The notes below the pieces were generated by a model, which was not told the origin of the DNA, did no database searches, and worked only from the letters and a program-made list of their open reading frames with translations. This document shows, one piece after another, positions 41,895-55,510 of a stretch of 64,000 nucleotides of DNA. Source of the DNA: Octopus vulgaris (Eukaryota); NCBI GenBank assembly GCA_951406725.2, contig OX597814.1:63178001-63242000 (forward strand), in the 5' to 3' direction. Position numbers and translations under genes: made by a program. Position 1 is the first letter of the stretch, and every line of letters starts with the position of its first letter.

Positions 41895-41985
41895 GAGAGC
41901 CCTGTTCAATTCCGGGGCCCCTTAAGGTCCGTGTTGTTGAAAAATTACGGAACATAAGGGCCCCTGGGATTGTACAAGGCCTTTC
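41895..41985. repeat. Isolated GC-rich ~90-nt imperfect hairpin
   Basis: GCCCTGTTCAATTCCGGGGCCCCTTAAGGTCCGTG pairs with TACGGAACATAAGGGCCCCTGGGATTGTACAAGGC. Confidence 0.75.
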
Positions 41986-42499
41986 AACAACGTAAGTGTA
42001 ATATCCATTATTAGCATTTTACCAATCATCGTAATTAATTTCAGCTAGATCAGCATTTCAAGTATTTAATTTAATCCTATTTTATTCTTTATACAGTTTT
42101 CTTATAATCTGACTTCAACAATCGAGGAGTTTAGCTGATCCAGTAAAAGTAATAACAAGTTGTTATAATTCCAGTGTGAACACTTCATAAAACCACCATT
42201 AGTCTTGCAACTATCATCATCATCATCATCATCATCATCACCATCATCACCATCCATTTGTTTGATCTCATGATCACTTGTCATAGCTCATTTCAATTAA
42301 AGATATTACAAGGTTTGCTTTCAAAATAGCCAAGCAAACAGGTTATGAGAATGGCATCCTTAATTCAGATGAATACGATTAAAGCAAAACTGTACATCAT
42401 TCAAAGAACAACAGCATATGCCCGCACGAAACAGATTACGGTTGTCTCTTTATTGCAAAGAAATTATTTCATGAAGTTTTAAGCAATGCTCTTTCTCCC

Positions 42500-42594
<95 letters not shown>

Positions 42595-42659
42595 GTATAT
42601 TTATATACACATAAATACAATTATACACACACACACACATATATATATATATGTATATA

Positions 42660-43740
42660 CTGGAACATCCCATAAATAATGCGTTTTTTTTAATACTTTT
42701 TGTTTTTAAAATGAAGATAAACAAGCATAACTACAGATTTCTCCCCCAACGATTTTGGATGATCATAACTTTCAGGAAAATGGATATTTTTTAATGAAAT
42801 TTTCTACGAATATGTGTTATATCATGTAGATCCCAAATACGAAAAGTTTGAGAGGAAAAAGTTTTAAGAAGGGGTGGGGGTCGGGAATTTCGGAAACTTC
42901 ACCAGACTCCACTTCAATACGTTTTAACTTTCAAGAAAAATGCTCTCCTTCACTTTATACAATGCTCTTCCATTTATGTGGTAGACTTGCAAGGTTCCGC
43001 TTCCAACACTCACTTTTCCGTGACGAAAAATATACCTCCAGTACTGTTCTGACCTCGTCTACAGAGTTCATATTTTTTTCCGTCCAAATGATTTTGACAA
43101 CTGCGGAATAAAATATAATCAGATGGGGCAATGACTGGCGAAAATGATGGGTGAGGCATCGTTTCTCATTCAAACTACTCCAGTCTTTGGAGTGCTAACC
43201 TGTTGGAAGAACACCTTTCGTCTTGAAAGCTGGTCGTTTTTCTACTAGCGCTGACTTGAATGAGTGGTTGTTGACGAAATCAAAGCTTTTCTGCTAGTTC
43301 CTCAACACTTACGATGGGATTTTGTTCCACCAAGGTTTGCAGGACATCCTTGTCGAGCTCTATAGATCTTCCAGGACGAGGTTCGCCTTCTCTGCTGTGG
43401 TTTCCGACTCGGAATTTCTGGAACCACCGTTGACACTATCTCACGCTTATTGTACGACCGATCTCCGTATGTTGCATTGATATTCCTCGCGGTTTCTGTT
43501 GCGTTGTTGCCTTTATTGAACTTATAAAATATTCCGAATATGCTCCTTTGTCACTTCCATCATAGCTTTGAAAAATAACTGTTAAAATCAAACTGCACTT
43601 TCAAAACCTGGACTAAGAATAAATACTAAGTAAAATTACTACCTGCTTTTGTAGCAAGTTGATGCAGGTAGCGTATCCCGTTCCCCTCCGACTTTTAGTT
43701 CATGCAATTCCAAAAACCGTATTATTTACGGGATGACCCA

Positions 43741-43741
<1 letters not shown>
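42660..43741 (-). mobile_element. Internally deleted mariner with both TIRs, inside (TA)n
   Basis: Left TA|CTGGAACATCCCATAAATAATGCGTTTT versus right (reverse complement) TA|TTGGGTCATCCCGTAAATAATACGGTTTT. Minus strand reads MEVTKEHIR...FNKGNNATETARNIN...CQRWFQKFR...EPRPGR, PPFSPVIAPSDY and ...LASLPHKWKSIV. Confidence 0.88.
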
Positions 43742-43822
<81 letters not shown>

Positions 43823-44019
43823 AACATAGATAAACATGGACTAGGTGCAGACATAGCTGTGTCGTAAGACGTTTGCTTCTAACCACATGATTGTAGATTC
43901 AGTCCCATCTTAGGCAAGTGTCTTCTGCTATAACCCCGGGCCGACCAAAGAATTATGAGTGGATTGGGTAAAAGGAAACTTAAAGAACTCTGGCATATAT
44001 ATATATATATATATATATA

Positions 44020-44413
44020 CTAGCAGCATCGCCCGGCGTTGCTCGGGTTTGTAAGGGAAATAACTATATAAGCATTTTTAGAGTTATAGCCAAAAAATAG
44101 CAAAAAAATGCATTAAAAATGGAAAAGAAATGATGGTAATTTTTTTTAAAAATCGTTGACTCATCGTAGACATTTTTAGAGAGTTACTTCCCTTATATAA
44201 TAGCGAAAAAAATGCATTAAAATGGAAAAAAATGATGGTAATTTTTTTTAAAAATCGTAGACTCATCGTAGACGCGCGCTAATACCCAGAAGGGCTCGAT
44301 ATGAATCACGACTATAAGATACCCGGTTTTGGTTAAACTGCACCGTAAAATGTGGGAGTAGTTAGGAATCTAAATCGTAGGAGACAGACACACAACCTCT
44401 CTTTTATATATAA

Positions 44414-44416
<3 letters not shown>
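44020..44416 (-). mobile_element. Non-autonomous Helitron inside (TA)n
   Basis: Minus strand A|TCTTTATATATAAAAG ... CCCGAGCAACGCCGGG hairpin ... CTAG|T. The 3' part is nearly identical to the end of 39530-39903. Confidence 0.88.
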
Positions 44417-44467
<51 letters not shown>

Positions 44468-44473
44468 ATGTGC

Positions 44474-45000
44474 ATTAAAATCTTAGGGTAGCAAGAATAT
44501 TCATTGAAAAATTCTTAGTTACCAGTGGTCTATTGACTAATTTTTTCTTTCTCGCTAGACCACTGGTAACTAAAAAATTTTCGATGAATATTCTTGCTAC
44601 CCTAAGATTTTAATTAATGATAAAAAAATTGGGGCTAATTCTGGAAGAAAATCGGCAATTTATTTATTTAGTGCTGGTGGAGTTCCGCATCTGCGCGGTA
44701 AATTCGAAAAATTAGAACCTATAAACACGTGGCTGATTACTGATAGCTCCACGTCTATGGATTCAGTCTTGGCAACCTACTGAGGACGCAGCGCCAGATA
44801 TAGACTGAAATTATCTTATTTCAATCTGTATTTAAGTCTGCAGAAACCTTGCAGGTTCTAGGATTAAGGTAAAACTTTTTATTTTTCAATCTCTTTCGGA
44901 ATGACAACAATTGGTGGCTTGGAGTTTTAACTGCTTTTTCTAGCGAGTCAGATATCCTATTCTTCGGGTATCACTTTTGTGTTTGAACGTACACTGTATT
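44474..45000 (+). mobile_element. Penelope pLTR/retrozyme-like element: 59-bp foldback followed by an HHR
   Basis: Arms 44474-44532/44556-44614 with a 23-nt loop. HHR-like motif at 44776-44862. Right boundary approximate. Confidence 0.65.
44776..44862 (+). ncRNA. Type I hammerhead-like motif, slightly degenerate
   Basis: Stem I CCTA/TAGG. Core CTGAGGA 44780-44786. Stem II GCAG/CTGC, with a C-A mismatch at its base and a long extension AGATATAGACTGAAAT/ATTTCAATCTGTATTT. GAAA 44843-44846. Stem III ACCT/AGGT. One extra nucleotide at the cleavage site. Confidence 0.6.
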
Positions 45001-45256
45001 CTTCTCTCTCTATATATATTTTTATATATCCTTCTGTCTGTGTTTCTACAACGGCTCGGAAAACCATAAAAATATGTTTAATACCGTCGTAACTTAGCGG
45101 CTTGGAAAAAAGAGACCGATAAAATTGGTATTAGGCTTTAAAAAAGTAAGTACGGGCGTCGACTCCTCCGACTCGTCTAACTAAAACTCTTCAAGTCTCC
45201 AGTGTTGTGACAGTAACAAGTAAAATATAAAAGATAAATGACAATAACGAAGCTCC

Positions 45257-45257
<1 letters not shown>

Positions 45258-45343
<86 letters not shown>

Positions 45344-45375
45344 TTGTGTGTTTGTATGTGAGTGTGTGTATGTGC
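45258..45375. repeat. (TG)n microsatellite
   Basis: Read directly. Confidence 0.95.
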
Positions 45376-46549
45376 GTGACTATTTACTTGCAGAAACCTG
45401 ATGACTCCTGGCCCTATAGCGCGGAGATTTCCCCCGCTCGGTGTTGTCTCTCTTTAGTTTTGTAACTGCCAAACCTACTTATGCTAGAGCAATATATTAT
45501 AAATCTCTATTAATTGAATGTGTTCCACTTTCTTGGCTTGTAAACATTACTGGTGATAATAAATTATTCTGCAATAAAGTCATCTCTATATTTTTCTATA
45601 AATCGTGACTTATATTTGTTACCGACCTAGGAGACTTTGTGAATAAATTTCAACACTTACTTGAATATTTCGACGTGGGTTACAAAATCTAGTATTTAAC
45701 TACATTTGACGTTAGAGGTTTGAATATAAAATGTTTCAGTACCACCACTTATTAAAGTAATTTATTTGATCTGTTAACATCTTGTTTTAGTTTCGTTCAC
45801 AGGCACCAATCTATTCCTATTTTAAAATAAAACCCTTATTTAGAATGCATAGATTAGCTATTCCATTTAAAAAATGATAAAGAAACATTATTTATAAATA
45901 TGAGAATGATAAAGAAAGCATTGAGGATTATGAAGAAGGAGTAAAAGGAAAACGATGAAAAAAGAAAAAAAGAATAAGGAAAAGATAAAAAATTAGTCGA
46001 GAAAAGATAATTTATTTTTTCATTATCGATTTTATTTAAGTCGGAAACTATTATCTAAGAATGGCAGCATCCAACAGAGTTTTCCTAATTCACTCCTTAA
46101 CATATTCTCCCCACTGCTCAAACCTGATTTCATGGATGAGTGTATACAGTAAATAGGTTACTGGCTTAGTTAGAATGAATATAGTAAACGAGAGCTTTTT
46201 TATAGGTTTTCGACATGAAGGAGCTATGGCTATAAGTCTGAGTGTATATTTATAAATCAGATTTTATGTGAACACTTAGGAAAATTTTTGTTACAAGGAA
46301 CAGCGTTCTGTCTTTAGTGGAGTGGGCGTGGATAAATAGATGTGATGATGTTCTTACAATTTTCAATGGTATTGAAGAATAAATACGAAATGGAAGCAAT
46401 GTAGAAATAGAATACAGTGTGGTTACTAGATTTTTAACAGTGCAGCGATAGACTCTACAAGGCATACATACATTTACAAGTGCCAACACGCGTATGCAAG
46501 TATATCTGTCTGTCTGTATATAAATGTGGGTGTTAGTTGATCTATTTAT

Positions 46550-46745
<196 letters not shown>

Positions 46746-46774
46746 GAGAGAGCGTGTGCTGAACTCAGCATTGG

Positions 46775-46930
46775 TAGATAAAGATTACATCGACGCCAGT
46801 GCTCAACTGGTTCTTGTTTTCAAAGAATGAAAGGCAAAGTCGGCCTCGGGGGAATTAGAAATCAGAACGTAGAGACGGACGAAATGCTGCTAAACATTTT
46901 GCGGCGTGCTAACGATTCTGCCAGCTCGCT
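46775..46930 (-). mobile_element. Family-1 SINE, followed by a (CTA)n-(GAT)n tract to ~47060
   Basis: GAATGAAAGGCAAAGTCGGCCTCGG core and GTGCTAACGATTCTGCCAGCTCGC head. Confidence 0.8.
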
Positions 46931-46943
46931 GCACTACTACTAT

Positions 46944-46998
<55 letters not shown>

Positions 46999-47366
46999 GA
47001 TGATGATGATGATGATGTTGATGATGATGGTGATAGTGATAATAGTAATGATAATAATAACATCATTTATTTAGCAATTTCATGCTTCATTCATTTATAC
47101 GTACAATAGCAGGAAAGGTGTAAGTGTGCTTACAAAATCTATGAGATGAAACAATCTTTTGCACAAAAGGAGTGGGAGTGGAAGATGTTATGTAATATAT
47201 AGGGAGAAATAAAATATTTTCTTTGAAAATATCCATATAATTACATAAATTATATCAAAATATATATGTATATCTGTACGACGGTTGTCACTGTGACAGA
47301 TGTCATAAATAAGAAGTCGTCGAAAGGATGTTTCTATCTGGCACTGTAGGACTGGGGGTCGTACAA

Positions 47367-49990
47367 TGTTATTATCCTCAAAAGGTTGGATCGCTATAAC
47401 GTCCTCAGAGTATCACAGTATAATTACTATATCAGCACAGACACAACTCTCAACAGAGTCTAACACGTACTCTCTCTATACTGGCCGACGTCTCCTTACT
47501 TATAGTGACTGTTTCATTCCACTCGTCATGTAAGACGGGTGTACCATTATTACTAATTCCCAACAACATCTCTCCTTTTAAGGTTTTCTTTAGAAGTGTC
47601 ACCTTATTTAGCAAAAACATTTTTATTCACTTTCACTCCACCACCCTTTCTTGAATTTTTATCGTACAGTTTAATACCTTTTGCACTTGGTATCTATTTT
47701 TATGAACTCTGTATGCTTTCTTTTCCTCTCACTTGTACGCCTCGGATCAATCACCTGCAGTGGCGTTGGTACTTGGAACGTATCGTACAACCATTCCATC
47801 GGTTCCTCCAACTCCTTTGGTTCGCTTTACCCGAATCTTTTTCAGCTGGTTCCCGTGTCTCTTTTGTATGCTTTTTCTACTTTTTACTCAATACATTATT
47901 TTAAATATGCGTTTAGTAATTTCGTCCTCTTCCCAACTCTGCTTTCCATTTCTGTATCCCTCATATGCACCTTTTCACCAGCTTTAAAGAATCTTTGTAA
48001 GTCTTTCCTGACACTTTTTTCTTTTCTTGCCAAGTAGCAATTTATCAAAAACTGATTTTACTTTCCTTGCAAACATCAGCTACGCCGCTGAGCTACCTGC
48101 TGGTGTATTCGGATTTGGTATTACACGATACACTCTTAAAAATTGTTGTAGAACTACCTTATCCGTGCTTTCCTTATTTGCTTTTGTTAAAGCTCTTTTG
48201 CAGGTATCGACAAAACGTTTTGCCTGTCCATTAGATTTGGGTGGGTATGGCGCCGTAGTTATAGGTTTTACTGCGAACGCTTCACAAAATTCTTAAAAGT
48301 CAACAGACACAAAATTGCGTACCATTGTCAGACACTATCTTGTCTGGGATACCAAATCTTGCAAACAATTCGTGCAAAAAATTTATCACAGTTGAAGAGG
48401 TTGGCTTTTCACACTTGCAAATTTCAGGCAATTTTGAAAAAAAACAGTGAAATCGATGTGTAGTCTTGACCACGGAACATTTACTTTTGGCCAAGGTTCT
48501 CATTTTATATTGGGTAATTTTGCTGCCAGAGCACTTCCTCTACATTAAAGCTTTCGTCCTTGAAATACCTGGATGCCCGACCTTTATATTATTTATGTTT
48601 AGAATGTAGACTTGATAATAGTTCATCAAACGTAAAAGCGTTTGTAACATTTTAATGTTTGTTGTGGTATGCATACTTTTTATTGCGCCCGCCCTCGACG
48701 GATCTGGTCTGCATCTATTTTTCATCAATTACTTGTCCTAAGTATTTGAGTTTTTTCATTAAAAAATAGCACTTTTCCTCTGTTAATTCGAGCCTGTATT
48801 GGCTTATTTTTTCCGAATACTCTTTTACTATATTCGAAAGGTTGCTGCTGTGACTCACTCTTATCAAAATATCGTCCAGATAGGCGATAGCGAAATCACA
48901 GTCACTTAGCATTGCATCCATAACTTGCTGAAATGTGTCAGGAGTCACTTTTACTCCGAAAGGAAGCTGCTTAAATTTAAATAAACCGCAGTGTGTTTAT
49001 TGTCGGAAATGTACGTATCATTCCTCTACTTGTATTTGTAGATATGCCTTCGAAAGGTCTAATTGAAAGAAGAATTTTCCCCCATTTACTTATTCAAATA
49101 CTTCTTCCGGACTGGGAAATGAACGCGACTAGACAATCGTTCAACCCTGTTGAAAAATTTACACATATTCTTAGTCTGTTATTCTTCTTTTTCACGCAAA
49201 CCGTCGGTGCTGCTCAGACTGCGTTGTCAATTTTTACGATTATACTAATACTTTCCAGTCTTTACAGTTTATTGATAACCTGTTCTATTGCCGTTAACAG
49301 TACCTTTATTTTTGGCTTACATAAAGGTGTTTTAGGGCAACTTTCTGTTTCAGTCCGACCACATTTGGCCCTTCGACTGAGGCAACTATATTTCTGCACA
49401 AAACACTTATGGGTGCATCCCAAAAATTAAATAGTTGTATCCATTATGTGCCAAATAAATTAAGTGAATACTTTAACACATATATCTTAGCCTTTTTCGT
49501 TTGACCTCGAAATGTTACGTTACATACGCATTCATCGATAGAATATAATATTTTTCTTGCAACATCATGTGCTACCTCTTTAGATTTAATTGATTTTGGC
49601 ATACCGGCATATTTCCACGTTTTTTTTCTTTATAATAGTCATGTCACTTCCTGTGTCGAACTTCAGTTTTAAACTTGTATTTTTAATTTTCATATTTACA
49701 ACTTTTCTGTTCGTTGTATTACCCTTTTATTGTTCGATGACAAATTAATTACTTTTTCTCATTATTCTGACATTTTGTCCTCTACGTTCTACAGTACGAC
49801 TTTATATGTCTTATATTTACAAAATGGAAACACTCTGCTTTCTTAAATGGTCAATTTTTCCTCAGGTGTGACCCACCACATGAAAAACATGAATTTATAT
49901 CCTGGTGTTTGTCGTGTTTTATTTTTATCTCGGCATCAGGTAATATTCTTTTGTCCAAACCGGTTAAAGTTTTTCATTAAATCTGCTTTG
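47367..49990 (-). mobile_element. Decayed Gypsy LTR retrotransposon, same family as 19398-21633, with 3' LTR and PPT
   Basis: Minus strand: knuckles CGGSHLRKN*PFKKAEC, protease LKFDTGSDMTII, RT LPFGVK...FQQVMDAML...AIAYLDDILI, integrase FLHELFARFGIPDKIVSDNGTQF and SNGQAKRFVDT. PPT AAAAGGAGAGA 47569-47579. LTR TG...CA 47568-47367. Confidence 0.9.
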
Positions 49991-52900
49991 ATTTTCTCCC
50001 TGTATTACATCGTCATTTTATTTGTGTCACTTGATAGTCTTTGAAAAGTCTGTAATATCTCGTACCCTCTTCATCTTCATTGTCGTCATCGTGCTTGTAC
50101 TTAGCATGGTACTTCTCTCGGATATTTGCTGGGGGTTCCTCATTATATTTTTGGTAACTCTTTCTGGTGTTGCACATCTCATCATCCGCTACAATCGTTT
50201 GAAAATCTTTTTCGGTTGGTATCATCTTCTCCTACTCAGTAGACGATGGGCTAGTGGTTCCAATTATGGCATGAAATGAGGTGTCATATTGTTGGTTTGT
50301 AGGAAAGAGTAACTCTGATCCGTAGTGTCCCGTAGACAAATATCTGTTGTTCTTGTTACCTCGTTTTTTCTACACTGGGCAAATCTACAATTCCAGTACC
50401 TTCATTTGTTCCCGATCGACATGGACTGATATCCGAATACAACGATCTGCAACGGCTATCACCAAAAGTTTGGATGGGATAAGCCGGCTTGGATGTCCTT
50501 GGCGAGACGCAGATAGTTAATTTTTTTTTCTTGTCATGTACCTCTGTAATTGACTGTGGAAATATGGTCATACTTCAATGTACACAATATTACCAAACTA
50601 TCGATATGCAAAATCTTTCGAACCAAAAGATTTTATGTTCGAATTTTGCTGCCCGTGTATACGCCCAAAACGATACATGTCTGCATCTTGCTGTTGGCAA
50701 GATATTTACAGGACTGTGCTTTGTTTTAGTCAATGTTTTGCATTGCAGTTCTGCTTTTATTTGTTTTCTTTGCATGAAATCCTTTTATCTGGTGGATTTT
50801 CAGTTCCCTTTTTGTGTGAGTGGTGTGAAATATTCATGGCCACTTCTCTTATTTTTCTTTTGCTATCTCGTATACATGAAGACACCAAAATATTGGAAGT
50901 TATCGTTATGCGACTATTTCTGGTTTAAAGTATTATTTCAAGCTAGTAAAATGTTTTCATATGTCTGCCATTAAAAGGAATACCACGAAACGAAGATAAA
51001 TATATCTGTATTTCAATTCTCTTTATATATTATATCAAGTGATATAGCCGTGCCAGTTGAAAATTGGGGGTCAATCAAAGGAGTATCGATAACAATCATT
51101 CTCAGTGAACGTTTAATAGTAATTATAACCTGAACTGATTGTGATAGACTTCATTGAAAGGAACTTTTTTGTAACTGCTTCACTTAGGGTTAATAACCGT
51201 AGAGAGATTCGAAATTAAAGTAGCTCTACAATAAAATGAGATACTTATTAATTTTTATGCGATTTCGTTGATTCTGAATAGAACATACTTAGAAGTAGAG
51301 AATTCAGCCCAACGAAATTTAAGGGATCTGTTCGTATAACCATTTAAGTCGGTAATGTATATGGATCCTCGATATATAAAATATTAGAAAGCCGTGGCTC
51401 TATAAAGATTCAAACAAACACTGATTGTCCTATTGTTATTTATAAAGCCGAAAGTGAAGAATGTAATACCTAAGGCTGATACAAAAGTTTTCCTAAGTTT
51501 ACACAGAACTCGTTTTGCAGGGTTTCACTTAAGCACAGTCGTGGTCCGGATTGTTTTTAAATTGATTTCCCTATATTTTTACGGGTACTTCTTTCTTCGT
51601 TTGTTCTTCGTTTATTTTTCTATAATTTTGATTTCATTTAACTTCTGTCATAGTAAGTTAGTTAGTAATTAAGTTATATTTGATATATTTATGACTTATT
51701 TTTGGTTAAATATTTTTTTAGATTAATAATAGTGTTTCTAAATCAAAGCTACAAAGGCAAAACAAAAAAGACTTCATTTCTCTAGATATGAAAATTAATT
51801 CAATAAATCGCCTTGAAAAGGAAAAGTGCTCAACAAAGATGCTATATAGACAAATGTAATAGGATATAATCAAAACAGCTCTTTGAAGAATTAAATGACT
51901 TAAAGAAATAATCAAATAATCGTTTAAAATCCGCAAACTACACATATAGTAATATTATAGACACATTGGGAAAATATCCCTATTAATTTGGGTAGAAGAT
52001 AAACTCCACTAAAAAAGATGTTTTATGGGTAGTTTGATAAAATCATTACATCTGAATAATATTACGGTGGCTGTGTTTTGCTTTTAGTTTAGAGTATCAA
52101 TGTTTTACAACCTGGAGTTAGAAACATATTTCAAATATATGGTTACAAAATGTAACTAGGGTAAAAAAAAAAACATGTCTACCAACGCATAGTATTTTTG
52201 CATTCTGTTTTGAAAAATCAACATCGTTCATAAATAAAATATAATATACTGGTTTGAATTGATGATAAATAATGTAGATGACGATGCTATGACACAAATT
52301 CTCTAGATTATATTTTTTAAGTCAAGAGCAATGAGAACAATCAGCATTAATAGGAATTGAACAGCTAGAACGACTAAATTTATCATTTTAGGTCAACGCT
52401 ATATTGTGTTTGTCTACAGATTTAGCATGTATGTGTTTTGAAAATATGTTTGACCTTAAGATGTTTGCTTGGGACCGCATTTTGAAAGATTTCTCTTGTT
52501 GTTCAGATTTAAATATATCAAAATTAGTATATCCCTACACCACAGAGAAGTATATAGAAATATTTTAATAACTCTAATTAGGGCAAATTTATCTCTTTCA
52601 AAGTCATATTTTATGTGTGATGACAAAATAGGACTATAAGAAAGAAGACTGAGGCACGAATTGATGCAAATTTCCTTAAGATTTGCGGAACATTGCATTA
52701 TTTATAATTTGCTTCTATCTGTGGCAATAGAAAACACTCATTAAAATTAATGAACACTCAGATATCTTTAATTCATAATTTCAATTAACGAAAGGAAAAT
52801 GTTAGCTTTCTAATTGCTCTCGAACTATTTTCTTAAGCACACACGCACGCACACACGCATAGACACATACACATACATACACGCATACACAAACACACAC

Positions 52901-53199
52901 ATACATGTGTCTTTTGGACACTTTTATTCAAGCAGAATGGATAACGTAGTTATTCAGCTTCACGTACAAAAAGATACTCACTCAAGCTTGAAACAATACA
53001 GTGAATCTAAAATATGGCATGCGAAAACACATTGATCCTCACACACAGACTTAATCAATTAAAACGTAAAAGAAGTATAATCAAAATGCAGCATAATGCT
53101 GTCCTTTGTGGCCTTCAGCTTGTCTCCTGGTCTCTGAAATCTTTTTATTCAGTTTTAACTTAGTCTCTAACTCGGAAACAGTAGCGAGGATTTTAGAGG

Positions 53200-53990
53200 T
53201 CCGCAAAAGTAAAATCATTCACTATCTGTATGGATGACCTTAAACTATATGCTAAGGGGTTACAAGAAATTTTAACAACGGCAAAGGAGTTTAGAAATGA
53301 TATAGGAATGGAATTTGAACTTGGTAAAAGTGCAAAAGCAACTTTCAAGTCGGAAAAGCTCACTACAACGTCATTCATTTCACTTGATTTAGACTGCTAT
53401 ACAAGAAATGGGACTTGAGAATACTTATAAATATTTAAGTAGACATACTCTAATATACTCAAATGAAGGAAAAGATCCGAAAAAAAAAACTATTACAGAA
53501 GAAAAATAAACGGTCTTGTAAACTCAGCTCAAATCTAAAAGTCGTAGCGTAGTGCAATACGGTTTCAATATCATCAACTGGAACCTAACTAACATGCAGA
53601 GAATGAATGAAATAATATGAAACTTCTTACCACAACAAAATACACTACCGTAACGCGGACATCGACTGTTTTTACTAGAGGAGAAAATTATCCAATAAAA
53701 CAGCGTCGATTACCCATCAAACATATTTTTAAACAAGAAGAAACTTCATAAAAGAAGCAAAGAAATACAGAATAGGATTTAGAATCAATAACATAGAAAC
53801 TTCCAGTGAGGCTGGCCATAGAGTTAAAGACAGGAAGCCTTAAAACACTGACTCCAGTGGAGATTGGATCACTGGGATGCATATCGGACACTTTCAGAGA
53901 CTGCGTAAGTAAAATCGGAATTGATGCGTAGTGAGGCTTTTTGGTACAGAAAATATTTTAAGGAGAGTCTTGTTTGGAGCCTTGCCAATT
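53200..53990 (+). mobile_element. Internally deleted R4/Dong-like LINE (RT core end joined to the RLE end)
   Basis: MDDLKLYAK...KEFRNDIGMEFELGKSAK and later PVEIGSLGCIS remnants. Confidence 0.7.
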
Positions 53991-54094
53991 TCTTGTTGAC
54001 TGCTCCCTTACGGAACTGTTCGGACCGTTCAAAATCTTAGCGTCAGTTATTTTGTTCGCATAAATGAAACATACCAGGCGGTGCGGTTTTCTTC

Positions 54095-55510
54095 AATGGT
54101 ATTAAGATGGCGTTTGAGGTTTCAAAATGTGCTACGCTGGTGAAGAGACGAGGAAACCTTGTCAGAACAGAAAGCATAGGTTTGCCAAGTGGTGAAATGA
54201 TGAAGGCAATTCAATCTCAATCTAGCTATAAATATCTGTGAATACTTGACGCAGATGGAATTAAATATAACGACATGGAAGAAAAGAGAGTACCTGGGGC
54301 GAGTGAGGAAAATACTGGCTTCAAAGCTGAATACCAGAAAACTAATTTCGGCAATCAACTTGAGCGCAGTCACAGTAATTCGGTATGGTACTGGAATCAT
54401 GAAGTGGACAGAGGAGGAGCTAAAGGAGATGGACAGGGAGACAAGAAAGCTTATAACGATGCATGAAGCCCTTCATCCACATCCAGATACTGATCGCCTG
54501 TACATGAAGAGAGCAACTGGAGGAAGAGAACTGATAAGTGTGAAAGTCTGTGTACATATCGTACTCGAGAGCTTAATGAAAATACCTGGCCTAAAGTAAG
54601 GAAACCTTGCTACTGTCAGTTTGGAATGAGGGAGTATTGACAGCAGAGCAAAAAGGAAAACTAAGGAAAAAGTAAAAAAAAAGGACACGAAGAAGAATTA
54701 CGCAATCAAGGGACTACATAATAAATTCCATGTAGCCACAACAGAAGTTGCTGGAAAATAGGTGGGATTGGCTACAGGAACAAAAACAAAAGAGACCTAT
54801 AGCACGATATTGGCCACGAATTGGAGATTCAACCGCTGTGCTGCATAATAGAGAGGGTGAAACCATTGCCCACATCATCACAAATGAATGCCCTAAACTG
54901 GCCCAAAACCACTACAAGCTGTGGCACTACAAGTTGATCATGTAGTGAAAGTTCTACATTGGAAACTGTGCGAAAAGTGGGGCTAGAGATAGGCAAGAAA
55001 TAGTATGGGTACAAACCATAGAGAGTGGCGGAGTCGCAGACTAGCAAAATCGTCTGGGACTTCCTAATCCAAACAGATCAGGTGCTAGAGTATAACAGAC
55101 CGGACTTAGTTGTTGTCGATAAGATGCACCACATGTGCTACATAGTTGATTTTGCATGCCCCTTTGACCCACAAGTAGTTAAGAAAGAAGGCGAGAAAAT
55201 AGATAAATATAACCTTCTTAAGTACGAAATAACCCGGCTATGGAAAATGAAGATGGTGAAGATAGTGACAATTATTGTTCGTTTTTTGAGGGCAGTATCA
55301 GAAGGTATCAAGAGGAATATCAAAGAAACTGGAATAGCGTGCCCAGTAGAACTGTTACAAAAGGTTTGCCTCCTTGGAACGGCCAGAATAATCAGGAAAG
55401 TATTAGATAACTGAAAAGAACGGATAGTATAGTACCGTAGAATGGAGGTAGTAAGTCCAACACGCAATCAAGACACCTGGAATTCCAACAAAACTTGTGA
55501 TAAAAAAAAT
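54095..55510 (+). mobile_element. Degenerate R4/Dong-like LINE 3' half
   Basis: EYLGRVRKILASKLNTRKLISAINLSAVTVIRYGTGIMKWT...LHPHPDTDRLYMKRATGGR, ETIAHI...ECPKLA, KIVWDFLIQTDQVLEYNRPDLVVVDK...QKVCLLGTARIIRKVL. Confidence 0.9.

Larger units (their letters stand above)
43841..45236 (+). mobile_element. Family-2 SINE split by nested insertions (head 43841-43995, tail ~45085-45236)
   Basis: Head TAGGTGCAGACATAGCTGTGTCGTAAG...GATTCAGTCCC...TTAGGCAAGTGTCTTCT. Tail CCGTCGTAACTTAGCGGCTTGG...GAGACCGATAAAATTGGTATTAGGCTT...AACAAGTAAAATATAAAAG, matching the other family-2 tails. Confidence 0.65.

Noticed and set aside
50013-50974. ORFs of 70-161 aa and a BED-finger-like phrase (EIWSYF...ICKIF)
   Set aside because: No complete motif, splice context or recognisable domain.
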